Below are positions 7,631-20,000 of a DNA stretch of 20,000 nt, piece by piece. The first letter of the stretch is position 1. Every line of letters starts with the position of its first letter. This DNA comes from an uncultured virus (IMG/VR IMGVR_UViG_3300021420_000025) (lineage: Duplodnaviria; Heunggongvirae; Uroviricota; Caudoviricetes), in the IMG/VR virus record IMGVR_UViG_3300021420_000025, one strand, 5' to 3'. The notes below the pieces were generated by a model, which was not told the DNA's origin, did no database searches, and saw only the letters and a list, made by a program, of their open reading frames with translations. The translations under genes and the position numbers were made by a program.

Positions 7631-7840
7631 ATGAGTGAAGGGTCTCCGCCTGCGGTCGCGAAGGAGGAGCCCGGTTGGCGCACGCGCGCGTCGCGTCGCA
7701 CGACGTGCGTCTACTTTCGGCACGAGCGCGAGATGCGCCTTGTTCGTCGTGCGGCAGCGGCGTTGGGCATTCCCTTCACGCGTTTCATTCGCGAAGCGTG
7801 CGTGAAGCGAGCGAACGATATTATGGAGAAAGCCTCATGA
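7631..7840 (+). CDS. ribbon-helix-helix-like DNA-binding protein (DUF1778/CopG-like)
   Basis: TTCVYF strand then EREMRLVRRAAAALGIPFTRFIREAC helix-G-helix; first gene of the divergent arm; alternative ATG at 7601. Confidence 0.65.
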   Translation: MSEGSPPAVAKEEPGWRTRASRRTTCVYFRHEREMRLVRRAAAALGIPFTRFIREACVKRANDIMEKAS

Positions 7841-8421
7841 ACTTCAGAGTAGGCAATCGAGTGGCGCTTTTACGAGACCTCGCGCTGCACGGGCAAGTGG
7901 TAAACATTGACTGGACGTTTGCGATCCCGCGCGTTCAAGTGCGCCTGGAGATCACGCGCGAGGGCTACGTGCAAGACAGGGTCTATGACTTTGAAGAGAG
8001 CCAATTGGTCTTCGACCCGAGCCGCCCGGACGCCAACCCTAACGCACCAGCGGCAGGCGCGGGGGTAGAAGGACTCGCAGCGAACGTGCCTCCAATCGTG
8101 CCCGACGAAGGCGATGTGGCCTTCGCGCAAACGAAGGGCCTCATCGCGCCGTTGCAGCGCCTTCGACGCAACGTAGAGCTTCTCGGCGGTCGGCCCGACA
8201 AAGATGCTCTTCGCGCGTTGACGGCCAAGCGCCTCTTCGCGACCGACCCTCGGATCATCAATCTTCTCGATGTGCGCGCAGAACAGCGCGACGCCGACGC
8301 GCTTCTCGAGCAGGCGTGGCTCTACGCGATGCGCGCGCCTTTCGATGCGGTGGAACGGATTGCGCGTCGCGACGCGGAAGACCGGGCGGGGAAGATGTTC
8401 CCGATCGGCGAGGAGCCGTGA
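7837..8421 (+). CDS. hypothetical protein, 194 aa, with N-terminal SH3/KOW-like barrel pattern
   Basis: Starts MNFRVGNRVAL...GQVVNI...VQVRL...FEESQL; ATGA overlap and GGAG RBS. Confidence 0.7.
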   Translation: MNFRVGNRVALLRDLALHGQVVNIDWTFAIPRVQVRLEITREGYVQDRVYDFEESQLVFDPSRPDANPNAPAAGAGVEGLAANVPPIVPDEGDVAFAQTKGLIAPLQRLRRNVELLGGRPDKDALRALTAKRLFATDPRIINLLDVRAEQRDADALLEQAWLYAMRAPFDAVERIARRDAEDRAGKMFPIGEEP

Positions 8422-8615
8422 AGCTGCCCTGGCCCTGGGGCGATTGGCCAAAGCCGACGGAAGACGTTGCCCAAACCCAATTGACGTTCAATCTGTCGGT
8501 GCCCGAGAGGGCCTGGCTCGCCGAAGTCGCGAAGGATCAGAATTTGTCCGAGGCGGAGATTCTCCGGCGGCACATTCGGCAAGCGCACATCGAACTTACG
8601 GCCCGCAAGAAGTGA
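8418..8615 (+). CDS. second ribbon-helix-helix-like protein (CopG-like), 65 aa
   Basis: GTGA overlap, GAGGAG RBS; QLTFNLSVPERAWLAEVAKDQNLSEAEILRRHI. Confidence 0.65.
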   Translation: MKLPWPWGDWPKPTEDVAQTQLTFNLSVPERAWLAEVAKDQNLSEAEILRRHIRQAHIELTARKK

Positions 8616-8676
8616 AGACGCTCCGGCAGATCGCATGGCATCTCGCAAAAATAACTCTGGACGAAGGATTCTACCG

Positions 8677-9021
8677 ATGGGCGACGTGGCGGCCAAAGAC
8701 AACGAAGACCTCGCGCTTCTCGCGAAAACAATCAAAAAGGGCGAGGAGCTTCTCGAGGAGGACGACGGGCGTGTCTCTCAAATAGCGGTCGACGCCTTCA
8801 AGGACATGTACGCGCGGCTCACCGAACGATTTGTCACTCGATTGAGTGACAAGCAAAGGGCGTGGGCGAAAAGCGTTTGGCGCCAAATAAGCGACGACGA
8901 GCCGGAGTACGAGAACTTGATCAGCAACGGGTTGTGCCCGCGCGGCAAGGAGGTTCCGACGCCGAGCGTTTTGCAGAACTTGCCGAAGAAGCCCCCGCCC
9001 CGCCGCCAGGAGACCGAATGA
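8677..9021 (+). CDS. hypothetical protein
   Basis: ORF 8635-9021; ATG at 8677 has GAAGGA upstream; contains RLSDKQRAW and a Pro-rich C-terminus; coupled to the next gene. Confidence 0.7.
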   Translation: MGDVAAKDNEDLALLAKTIKKGEELLEEDDGRVSQIAVDAFKDMYARLTERFVTRLSDKQRAWAKSVWRQISDDEPEYENLISNGLCPRGKEVPTPSVLQNLPKKPPPRRQETE

Positions 9022-9218
9022 GCGCCCCCGATGACGACAATTTCAAGGTGGAGATGCCGCCCCCCTGTGAGTCCTGTGGGGGCCCGTCGCACGGCAGCAC
9101 GACGGACCAATTGAACTGCTACTCGCGCGTCCTTCGGCAAGAGCGGAGGGCCTGGCGGTTTTTGCTCCATCGGCCGGCGGGAGAATCCGACGAGGCTTTT
9201 GAGGCCCGCGGGGGATGA
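9018..9218 (+). CDS. small protein with CxxC-x4-H-x8-C motif, 66 aa
   Basis: AGGAG RBS; ATGA overlaps at both ends; CESCGGPSH...C. Confidence 0.65.
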   Translation: MSAPDDDNFKVEMPPPCESCGGPSHGSTTDQLNCYSRVLRQERRAWRFLLHRPAGESDEAFEARGG

Positions 9219-9520
9219 TTCTCGAGGTCTTGGCTATCTGCACAAGCGTCGTCGTGGTGTCGTCGCTTCAATTCGCGAAATATGCGCTGGAACACGAGCG
9301 GCTCCATGAGCAGCGGATGATGGACCCGACAGCCGTCGAGGATAGCTTCGCCGAGCGCCGGCGGGTCCTCGAACGCGACCGCGAGGAATGGGCGCGGGCG
9401 TTCGGGCGCGGATCCGCCTCAAATGTAGAAGCGAGAAGAACCTCGACCGTGAACCTGCGCGAGATCGACAGGCGGCTGTTAGACCTCGCAGAAGAGGAGC
9501 TCAAAGAACGTCAAGGATAG
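9215..9520 (+). CDS. small protein with N-terminal hydrophobic segment and charged helical body
   Basis: MILEVLAICTSVVVVSSLQFA then Glu/Arg-rich helices; ATGA overlap. Confidence 0.7.
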   Translation: MILEVLAICTSVVVVSSLQFAKYALEHERLHEQRMMDPTAVEDSFAERRRVLERDREEWARAFGRGSASNVEARRTSTVNLREIDRRLLDLAEEELKERQG

Positions 9521-9589
9521 GGCCATTAGAAGAGGCGTTAGCGCGCGCTCTGGTGTTTCGAAAGGGAGTTTCGAAAGGGAGAAAAGAAG

Positions 9590-10750
9590 ATGGGTTTGCA
9601 GCCGACGATGTCTCGGACGGATTTGCTTTTGAATTGCCAATACCCCTTTGCCGATGGGGTGGAGACGCACGACGAGCCGGGGGAACCGGCACGGTACGGA
9701 AGTGCGTTTCACGAGCTGCTCGGGGAGGGTCTCCTCTATTATTTTCACGATGCGGGCCTGCAGCCCAATTGGACCGACGCGCGCTTTGAAACGCTGCGCC
9801 TAAAGTGGCGGCTTGCACCGTCGGTCGTAAGTTCGATGCGCGATCACGTCTCGGCGAGCACAAAAACGCTTATCGCGTGGCTTGAGGGGGCCAACCCCTG
9901 GGGCGAAGACTTCATTCGTCGTGATGAGAACTCAAACGGCCCGATCGTCGAGAAGGCCTTCATCGTCCGCCCTTCCGTGAATTTGGCCCAAACGCAAGTG
10001 CGGCAGATCAACCTGCCGTCGGAGGACGCCCATCACTACGAGGGCCTCAAGCGCGGCGAGATTGCCGGCACGGTCGACCTTCTTGTCGGCCCTCTTATCT
10101 TGGACCACAAGACCGGCCACAAAGACTTCTCTTCGCCCTCCGCGCTTGGCCAGCTCAAGTCGGCCGCCCTTATCCGCGGCAGTAAATACCTCGCCGTGCT
10201 CGACGCGGATCGACGCGGCATTCCGACGGTCTACGCGGAGGAGATCGAGGTCTCGGATCTCGAAGAGCATTCCAAGAAGCTGCGGACGGCACTTCGACGA
10301 ATCAACGACGGGAGCATGCGCCCCGGGCCGTGGTGCGCAACGTGCCCGGCGCTGGACAACTGCCCAACCAAAAACAACGACCTTCTCGCGCGGTCGGCCG
10401 CGTTGGTCACCCGCGCTTCGGACGAGCTTCATCCCGAGGAAACGGCCGATCTCGCAACGGCCGTCAACGTCGCTCGGCTCCACCAGCTCATCAATCAGTT
10501 CGAGCGGCTCGCCAAGCCCGCGAAGGAAGCTATCCGCATGTGGATGAAAGAGCACCCGGAGGAGATGCCCGTGCGACCGGATGGGAAGGTCCTTCAATTT
10601 GTCGAGAAGGGCTTCACGAACCTCAGCATGGCGAGCATCATTCGGGCGTACGGCAAGCTCGAAGGCGAACGCGTCATCGCCAAGCTGCGCAAAGACGGCG
10701 CGATCGAGACGGGCAAGCGGGAAGAGCTTCACGCCTTGGCGGACCGATGA
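9590..10750 (+). CDS. PD-(D/E)XK nuclease, Cas4/RecB-like
   Basis: GSAFHELL, IAGTVDLL...ILDHKTG, Q motif, and PGPWCATCPALDNCP plus an N-terminal Cys (LLLNC), matching the 1+3 Cys Fe-S pattern. Confidence 0.85.
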   Translation: MGLQPTMSRTDLLLNCQYPFADGVETHDEPGEPARYGSAFHELLGEGLLYYFHDAGLQPNWTDARFETLRLKWRLAPSVVSSMRDHVSASTKTLIAWLEGANPWGEDFIRRDENSNGPIVEKAFIVRPSVNLAQTQVRQINLPSEDAHHYEGLKRGEIAGTVDLLVGPLILDHKTGHKDFSSPSALGQLKSAALIRGSKYLAVLDADRRGIPTVYAEEIEVSDLEEHSKKLRTALRRINDGSMRPGPWCATCPALDNCPTKNNDLLARSAALVTRASDELHPEETADLATAVNVARLHQLINQFERLAKPAKEAIRMWMKEHPEEMPVRPDGKVLQFVEKGFTNLSMASIIRAYGKLEGERVIAKLRKDGAIETGKREELHALADR

Positions 10751-10950
10751 GCGCCTTCGGGGCCGACAAGGACAACCGTGTGGCTACTTTCGGCAACAGC
10801 GACGGGGGCCTCATTTATTATTGTACGGCATGCGGCCGCGGTTTGTACGATCCGACGCCCGAAGACCGCCCCCGAGAACGCAAAGAGCAGGGGTGCTCCG
10901 AAGAGGAAGCCTTGCGGCGTCGGCTTCTCTTCCATCCCGAGTGCGGCTGA
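10747..10950 (+). CDS. small CxxC...HxxC protein, 67 aa
   Basis: ATGA overlap; YCTACG and C-terminal HPEC. Confidence 0.65.
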   Translation: MSAFGADKDNRVATFGNSDGGLIYYCTACGRGLYDPTPEDRPRERKEQGCSEEEALRRRLLFHPECG

Positions 10951-11166
10951 ATGGGCGATCTCCTGCATTTGCCGTTGCCCGCGCCCGGACACCATTGCGC
11001 CGCCTGCGGCTGGCACCTCGCGCCCGCCGGCAAAATCAATGCGAGCGTCTGTTTCCCGCTGCCCGACGGGGAAACGCGGCTGCCAACGGCCATCGAGATT
11101 CATTATCGCTGCCCGTGCGGCAAGATGTCGCTCATGATGCCCATGCACCTGACGGCCTTGGAATGA
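10951..11166 (+). CDS. small zinc-ribbon-like protein, 71 aa
   Basis: Abuts the previous stop (TGAATG); HCAACG...YRCPCG. Confidence 0.65.
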   Translation: MGDLLHLPLPAPGHHCAACGWHLAPAGKINASVCFPLPDGETRLPTAIEIHYRCPCGKMSLMMPMHLTALE

Positions 11167-11182
11167 GGTAAGCTCGGACCCA

Positions 11183-11857
11183 ATGCGCAACGTCATCGTT
11201 GTCAATCAGCAGTTCGCGGATCCCTACAACGTGCAAATGGGCTTCGTCGAAGTCTATTGGATCCCCGTCGTCAACGTGACGATGCAGCAGCCGCTCTCGC
11301 CGAGCTTTCAGAGCGCCGTCCCCGCGCAGGCGACGGCCGTCGCGGGCTCGGTCTGGGCGACGGTCGGCGTGGGCGCCTCGCCGGCCGAAATCGCCGCGAT
11401 CCAACTCGGGCAGGTGCGGGAGTTTCCGATCCCGATCCCGATCCCCCTGCCGTGCTTCACGGACGCGGGCGCGCTCGCGACGGTCGACGCGATGTACCGC
11501 GCGCTCTACGCCCGCGTCAACGGCGGCACGTCCACGGTCGCCCCGGCGGTGCTCCCTTCGAGCGTTTCATACATCGGCGCGAGCGCGGTGACGCAAACAA
11601 CCACGGTGGCCGCGGGTTCGAACGGCGCTGCGCTCCCGCAAGGGACGATCAACGTCGCCTCGACGGCCAACTTCACGGCGACCGGCGTTATTTTCGTGCC
11701 CGCGACGCAGACGTCCGGGCCGCAAGTCGGCCAGATTGTCCCCCAGCAAATCACGTACACGGGCCTTACGGGCACGTCGTTCACCGGGTGCACGGGAGGC
11801 GCAGGCACGATGTTCTTGGGGGGCGCGGTCAATCAGCACGCCTTCACCCCGGGATGA
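11183..11857 (+). CDS. putative virion/tail-associated beta-rich protein
   Basis: TINVASTANFTATGVI...QITYTGLTGTSFTGCTGG resembles a repeat unit common in phage tail and spike proteins; GAGGT RBS. Confidence 0.65.
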   Translation: MRNVIVVNQQFADPYNVQMGFVEVYWIPVVNVTMQQPLSPSFQSAVPAQATAVAGSVWATVGVGASPAEIAAIQLGQVREFPIPIPIPLPCFTDAGALATVDAMYRALYARVNGGTSTVAPAVLPSSVSYIGASAVTQTTTVAAGSNGAALPQGTINVASTANFTATGVIFVPATQTSGPQVGQIVPQQITYTGLTGTSFTGCTGGAGTMFLGGAVNQHAFTPG

Positions 11858-11863
11858 GCCGCA

Positions 11864-12565
11864 ATGGCGGCCTCGATCCCCCAAAATTGGGCGCCGACGG
11901 CCTACGGGACGCCCACCAACACCGCGTCGGCCACGTCGCCGATTGGAAGCAGCTCTGCGGTCGCCGTGTGGGCCTTCGCGCAAGGAGGCACGCCGACCGA
12001 CGGCGTTTCCAACTTTACGGTGACCGTCGCGGGCGCCGCCGCGACCTTTGCGGTGGGGCACGTCGAGGGGATCCAAAACGGCGAGCTTTACTACGTCGCC
12101 AACGTCACGTCGGGCACGATGCCGTCCGTCAGCGTGACGGCGAATGCGGGGCAAGCGCAAAGCTTCGGCACGCAATTCATCGCCAGCGAAATCGGAGGCG
12201 TCAGCACGACCTCACCGTTCGTGCAGTTCTCTGCGGCCACCAACGTCTTCGTGTTGCTGCTCAACAGCGGCCCCGTGAACTCCACGAGCGGCAATCTGCT
12301 CATGGGGTCCGCGACCGACTCCTTCGCCGGCCTGATCGAGGGGTCCTTCTCGTCGGGCAGCACGAACGCCGGCGTCGGCTCGGGCTACAGCGCGGGCGTC
12401 GGTTGGTCGGGCGACTGGCAAGTGTCTGCGGGCGGTTCGATCAGTTACACGGACAACGGCAGCGGCGGCTTCGCGATTAGCGTCATCAGCGAATGGGCGG
12501 CGTCGGGCGGCCCGCCTCCGGCCACGAAGCCCTTCGACGTCATCTTCTACAGCATGAATTTTTAG
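11864..12565 (+). CDS. putative virion-associated Ser/Gly/Thr-rich beta protein
   Basis: 233 aa with very few charged residues, GC3-biased codons and a hydrophobic/aromatic C-terminal tip. Confidence 0.65.
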   Translation: MAASIPQNWAPTAYGTPTNTASATSPIGSSSAVAVWAFAQGGTPTDGVSNFTVTVAGAAATFAVGHVEGIQNGELYYVANVTSGTMPSVSVTANAGQAQSFGTQFIASEIGGVSTTSPFVQFSAATNVFVLLLNSGPVNSTSGNLLMGSATDSFAGLIEGSFSSGSTNAGVGSGYSAGVGWSGDWQVSAGGSISYTDNGSGGFAISVISEWAASGGPPPATKPFDVIFYSMNF

Positions 12566-12575
12566 AGGGATCGGG

Positions 12576-12601
12576 CTATCGAACTATCGAACTATCGAAC
12601 T
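12576..12601. repeat. (CTATCGAA)3 tandem octamer, left copy
   Basis: CTATCGAACTATCGAACTATCGAACT read directly. Confidence 0.9.
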
Positions 12602-12635
12602 GTGCTTATACGGTTGACGCACATGGAAGAATCTG

Positions 12636-13016
12636 ATGCTGATTGAGCTACCGAATGGCAAGGGGCCTGGCACGTGGCAGCGATTACTCATGGACGAGTT
12701 CGGGGATCGTCCGTACTGGTCTGCCATCATCACATGCCCGACATGCTCGGCCCACCTTCCGATCGTAAATCACACAATTGCTGAGGACGGACAGGTATCG
12801 CCGTCTGTTGGGCACCCCATCAGGGAGTGCGGTTGGCACGTATCCCCGAAGCTGCTTGGGTGGTCACCGTGTCCACCGGCTCCGGCACCGCGACCGTTTC
12901 ACGAGTGCGGCCGATGTCAAACTAAGGGGCGGCAGCTTAGTGGATGGGGCATCGGGTGGGGTTTTATGCTGGTTTGCCCGAAATGTATTGCTGAACTAAG
13001 TGCGTCAACCGGATAA
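12636..13016 (+). CDS. Cys/His/Trp-rich metal-binding protein, moron-like
   Basis: CPTC...HTIAEDGQVSPSV...CGWH then CGRC...CPKC; more A/T-ending codons than neighbours; flanked by direct repeats. Confidence 0.7.
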   Translation: MLIELPNGKGPGTWQRLLMDEFGDRPYWSAIITCPTCSAHLPIVNHTIAEDGQVSPSVGHPIRECGWHVSPKLLGWSPCPPAPAPRPFHECGRCQTKGRQLSGWGIGWGFMLVCPKCIAELSASTG

Positions 13017-13021
13017 GCATG

Positions 13022-13043
13022 TATCGAACTATCGAACTATCGA
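13022..13043. repeat. tandem octamer, right copy (22-bp identity to 12577-12598)
   Basis: TATCGAACTATCGAACTATCGA; includes the lysin stop codon (CTA at 13037-13039). Confidence 0.9.
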
Positions 13044-13594
13044 CGGTAGATGCCGTCGGCGACCCATGCCGCCACGCCGATCATCCCCGCGCCGAGCGCG
13101 TAGGCCCGCGGGCGACCCCCGACGAGGCCCGCGAAGAGCCCGCGCGACTCAGGCTGCACGTATTGCAGCTTGCGAAGCCACATCGCCATGCCGGCTTGGT
13201 ATTGCGCATACCCGGTAGGAGAGGCGAGGGCCGACGCGTAGCCCACTTGCTTCAAGCGCGCGACGTAGGCCCCGAGGTCGCCGGTCGCGGCGATCGCGAC
13301 CAACCCGCGACGATTGAGATACGAGACGTAATCGGCCGCGCCCTCATCCAGGGAACTGTAGACTTTGTAGAGAAGGTGAGAGGAATCGCCCGGCAATACT
13401 TGATAGGTATCCGACGAGGTGGTGGTGATGTTGCCGAGGTTGTAGTTCCAAAACCCGTTGGCCCACCCGCCCGTCTCGAACGCGCTTTGCGCGAGCAGCA
13501 TGGGCGCGGCCCGCCGGGGGGCCCCACCCGCTTCGAGGGCCCCCAAGATTTGCCCCGGCGTGGCGGGCGTGTTGACGGCAGCGACTTGCGGCAT
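13037..13594 (-). CDS. GH73/FlgJ-like (glucosaminidase-type) peptidoglycan hydrolase with hydrophobic C-terminus
   Basis: LLAQSAFETGGW, NYNLGNI, YKVYSSLDEGAADYVSYL, LKQVGYA...Y; tail YALGAGMIGVAAWVADGIYRR. Confidence 0.8.
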   Translation of the reverse strand: MPQVAAVNTPATPGQILGALEAGGAPRRAAPMLLAQSAFETGGWANGFWNYNLGNITTTSSDTYQVLPGDSSHLLYKVYSSLDEGAADYVSYLNRRGLVAIAATGDLGAYVARLKQVGYASALASPTGYAQYQAGMAMWLRKLQYVQPESRGLFAGLVGGRPRAYALGAGMIGVAAWVADGIYRR

Positions 13595-15043
13595 TCAAGG
13601 AATGGGCGCGATCGACGCCCCCCCAGGGATCCATGCGGTGTGGCCGAACCCCGACCCGCTCTGCGCGGCCGCCAAGTTCGTCGCGTTGATCGTGATGCCG
13701 CACGCGGTCGGCAACGAGGTCGCGCCGACGTCCGAAGCTCCCCCGTTGCAAGCCGTCGTGCCGCAATTAAGATAGATGGGTCCAGTCAGCGCGAAGGTCG
13801 CCGCGATGGTCGCGGGGTTTTGATAGCCCAAGTGGCCGTTGCCCCACATGTCGAACGAGCCGGGCCCCCACAACGAATGGATCTGGCTCAAGATGGAATG
13901 CCAACTGTTCCAAGCGCCGTTGCCTTGCAAAATGGTGGTCGTGTCCAAGTACACACCGCCGAACTGCAAGTTGTTGATCCACGGTTCGCCCTCGGAGGTG
14001 CAAGCGGTGCCCGACGCGTCTCCCCCACCGGTGATGATCGTGTCGTAGTCAATGTTGGCGCTGTTCAGAAACGTGAGGTTTTGCGAGTTGCCCGACGTGA
14101 CGCCAATTTGACCACCGACAATGGCGAAGAGCCCGGCGAAGTTGCTGTTTGTAGGCGGGCCGCCGATGAGGCCCGAGGCGATATAGTCATTGATGAGATA
14201 CGCCCGCGTGAGGCCGCCCATCGACTGAAACCGAAGAAGGGGCGCGGCGTACGCTTCGATCATCGCGAACTGATCGTCCACGAGCACTTCATCGAGCCGC
14301 GAGGAGCTCGCGAGGCCCAATTGATAGACCGTCACGGAGCCGGTGAAGGCCGAGGACGTCTTGGCTTGCACGCTTCGGAGGTCGGCGAAATAGGCGCTCG
14401 CGGGCTGAGGGTAATCCGCGTAGACGTCGCCGTTGGCGATCGTGGGCGCCGTGAACGACGGAAAGCTGACGAGCGGCACGGTCATTGGGGCGAGCGGAGC
14501 GTCGAGCGCCCACGTGTTGCCGCTTACGTTGCGGAAGACATGAAAGCGCGCGGCCGTCGTCGTGTCGACCACGAGGTCGCCCACGGCCACACCGGCGCAG
14601 AGCGTGGCGTTCCACAATTGGGGCGTCGCGCGATTCATCGCGACAACCCCACTGAGAGCCCCTGTGCAACGCGCGCTTGGGAGAGGCGTTGTAAGCACAA
14701 GGGTGGCTCCACTCTCGAGCGCGGGGTGCGAATAACCCATGTCGTTCGCGTTGCCCGCAGAGAGCCACGTGATGACCGTCGTTTGAAGAAGCCGTGGGCA
14801 ATTCATCGGGGCGCCTCGGCAAACCCACCGCACGTCGGTTAGCTGATGCAGCGTCGCGAGCGGCCCTTGAGCCCCGCTGCCACACGTGCCGACTGTTCCA
14901 TTGTTCGTGTCGCTCGCGCACCCGCTGGCGTTTTGGGGATCGATGTACCATGCCGGGACGCTCCAACTGGGCGGCAACACCGGCGACTGGCCGAGGGCTA
15001 CGTTGGGTAGGAGTAACAACAGGAGCGAAAGGAGTCGCTTCAT
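13595..15043 (-). CDS. signal-peptide-bearing DUF1565/beta-helix-like protein, paralogous to the fibre central domain
   Basis: MKRLLSLLLLLLPNVALG signal-like N-terminus; WYIDPQNASGCASDTNNG...PLATL motif; colinear similarity to 17539-18756. Confidence 0.75.
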   Translation of the reverse strand: MKRLLSLLLLLLPNVALGQSPVLPPSWSVPAWYIDPQNASGCASDTNNGTVGTCGSGAQGPLATLHQLTDVRWVCRGAPMNCPRLLQTTVITWLSAGNANDMGYSHPALESGATLVLTTPLPSARCTGALSGVVAMNRATPQLWNATLCAGVAVGDLVVDTTTAARFHVFRNVSGNTWALDAPLAPMTVPLVSFPSFTAPTIANGDVYADYPQPASAYFADLRSVQAKTSSAFTGSVTVYQLGLASSSRLDEVLVDDQFAMIEAYAAPLLRFQSMGGLTRAYLINDYIASGLIGGPPTNSNFAGLFAIVGGQIGVTSGNSQNLTFLNSANIDYDTIITGGGDASGTACTSEGEPWINNLQFGGVYLDTTTILQGNGAWNSWHSILSQIHSLWGPGSFDMWGNGHLGYQNPATIAATFALTGPIYLNCGTTACNGGASDVGATSLPTACGITINATNLAAAQSGSGFGHTAWIPGGASIAPIP

Positions 15044-15046
15044 AGA

Positions 15047-15454
15047 TCACCAGAGTAACCAATGGTTGGAGGCGAGCTCGAATTTGAGTCTCAAAGTAAC
15101 GAGTCCCGAAGGCAACTGCACGACTTGCACGAAGCTCCCGGGGCTATTCGGGTCGTCGATCGCGATCGGCGCGACGGCCTTTACTTGAATGGGGTTCACC
15201 GCAGACAGGCCGTTGCGGTCCGTGATGATCAACGGTTGGCCGTCCGACGGGCTTGTGGGGGTCAAAACCGTAGGAGGCGTCGAGCCCGTCGTGTTGACGG
15301 CGATGAAGTACTGCGCGTTGGTGACTTGGAGGGTCGCGCCCGCGCCGACGGAAATCCAAGGGGCGAGCAGAAGATCGGGCGCAGGGCCGAGCGGCCCTGG
15401 GGGCGGCCGAAGCTCCAAGATCGCTTCGTGCCGACCGTCGCGAGGGCCCTGCAT
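15047..15454 (-). CDS. small fibre/baseplate-type beta-sandwich protein
   Basis: IAVNTTGSTPPTVLTPTSPSDGQPLIITD...NPIQV resembles the VDT..ITLP..P..G.....D unit of T4 gp9/gp10-like fibre domains; GGGGGA RBS. Confidence 0.65.
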   Translation of the reverse strand: MQGPRDGRHEAILELRPPPGPLGPAPDLLLAPWISVGAGATLQVTNAQYFIAVNTTGSTPPTVLTPTSPSDGQPLIITDRNGLSAVNPIQVKAVAPIAIDDPNSPGSFVQVVQLPSGLVTLRLKFELASNHWLLW

Positions 15455-15477
15455 CTTTCGATCCCCCTAAGGCGCGA

Positions 15478-20000
<4,523 letters not shown>

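Noticed and set aside
8612..8785. Alternative GTG-start ORF coupled to the second RHH gene
   Set aside because: Overlaps the better-supported 8677-9021 ORF out of frame; not fully excluded.
5672..13043. CRISPR interpretation of short repeats plus the Cas4-like gene
   Set aside because: Repeats are 8-9-bp tandem units without unique spacers, and no cas1/cas2 is present.
13019..14842. 607-aa plus-strand ORF
   Set aside because: Arg-rich shadow spanning two better-supported minus-strand genes.

Overview
GC-rich bacteriophage or prophage segment with three transcription blocks. (i) A minus-strand arm (1-7447) encodes a VapE/VirE-type SF3 helicase, an iteron-containing putative origin just downstream of it, several coupled small ORFs, a FliA/WhiG-like (sigma28-type) sigma factor, a Sak4/AAA_24-like ATPase and an SSB-like protein. 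Two hairpin-dense non-coding gaps of about 350 nt interrupt it. (ii) A divergent plus-strand arm (7631-13016) encodes two ribbon-helix-helix-like regulators, a Cas4-like PD-(D/E)XK nuclease, small Cys/His proteins, two beta-rich virion-like proteins and a Cys-rich gene bracketed by 22-bp direct repeats. (iii) A convergent minus-strand structural/lysis arm (13037->20000) encodes a giant collagen-like fibre with a DUF1565/beta-helix-like domain and two glycine-rich domains, a small fibre-type protein, a signal-peptide-bearing stand-alone paralogue of the fibre's central domain, and a GH73-like muramidase with a hydrophobic C-terminus. No tRNA, rRNA, CRISPR array, integrase or reverse transcriptase was recognised. 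Family calls come from recalled motifs, not database searches.
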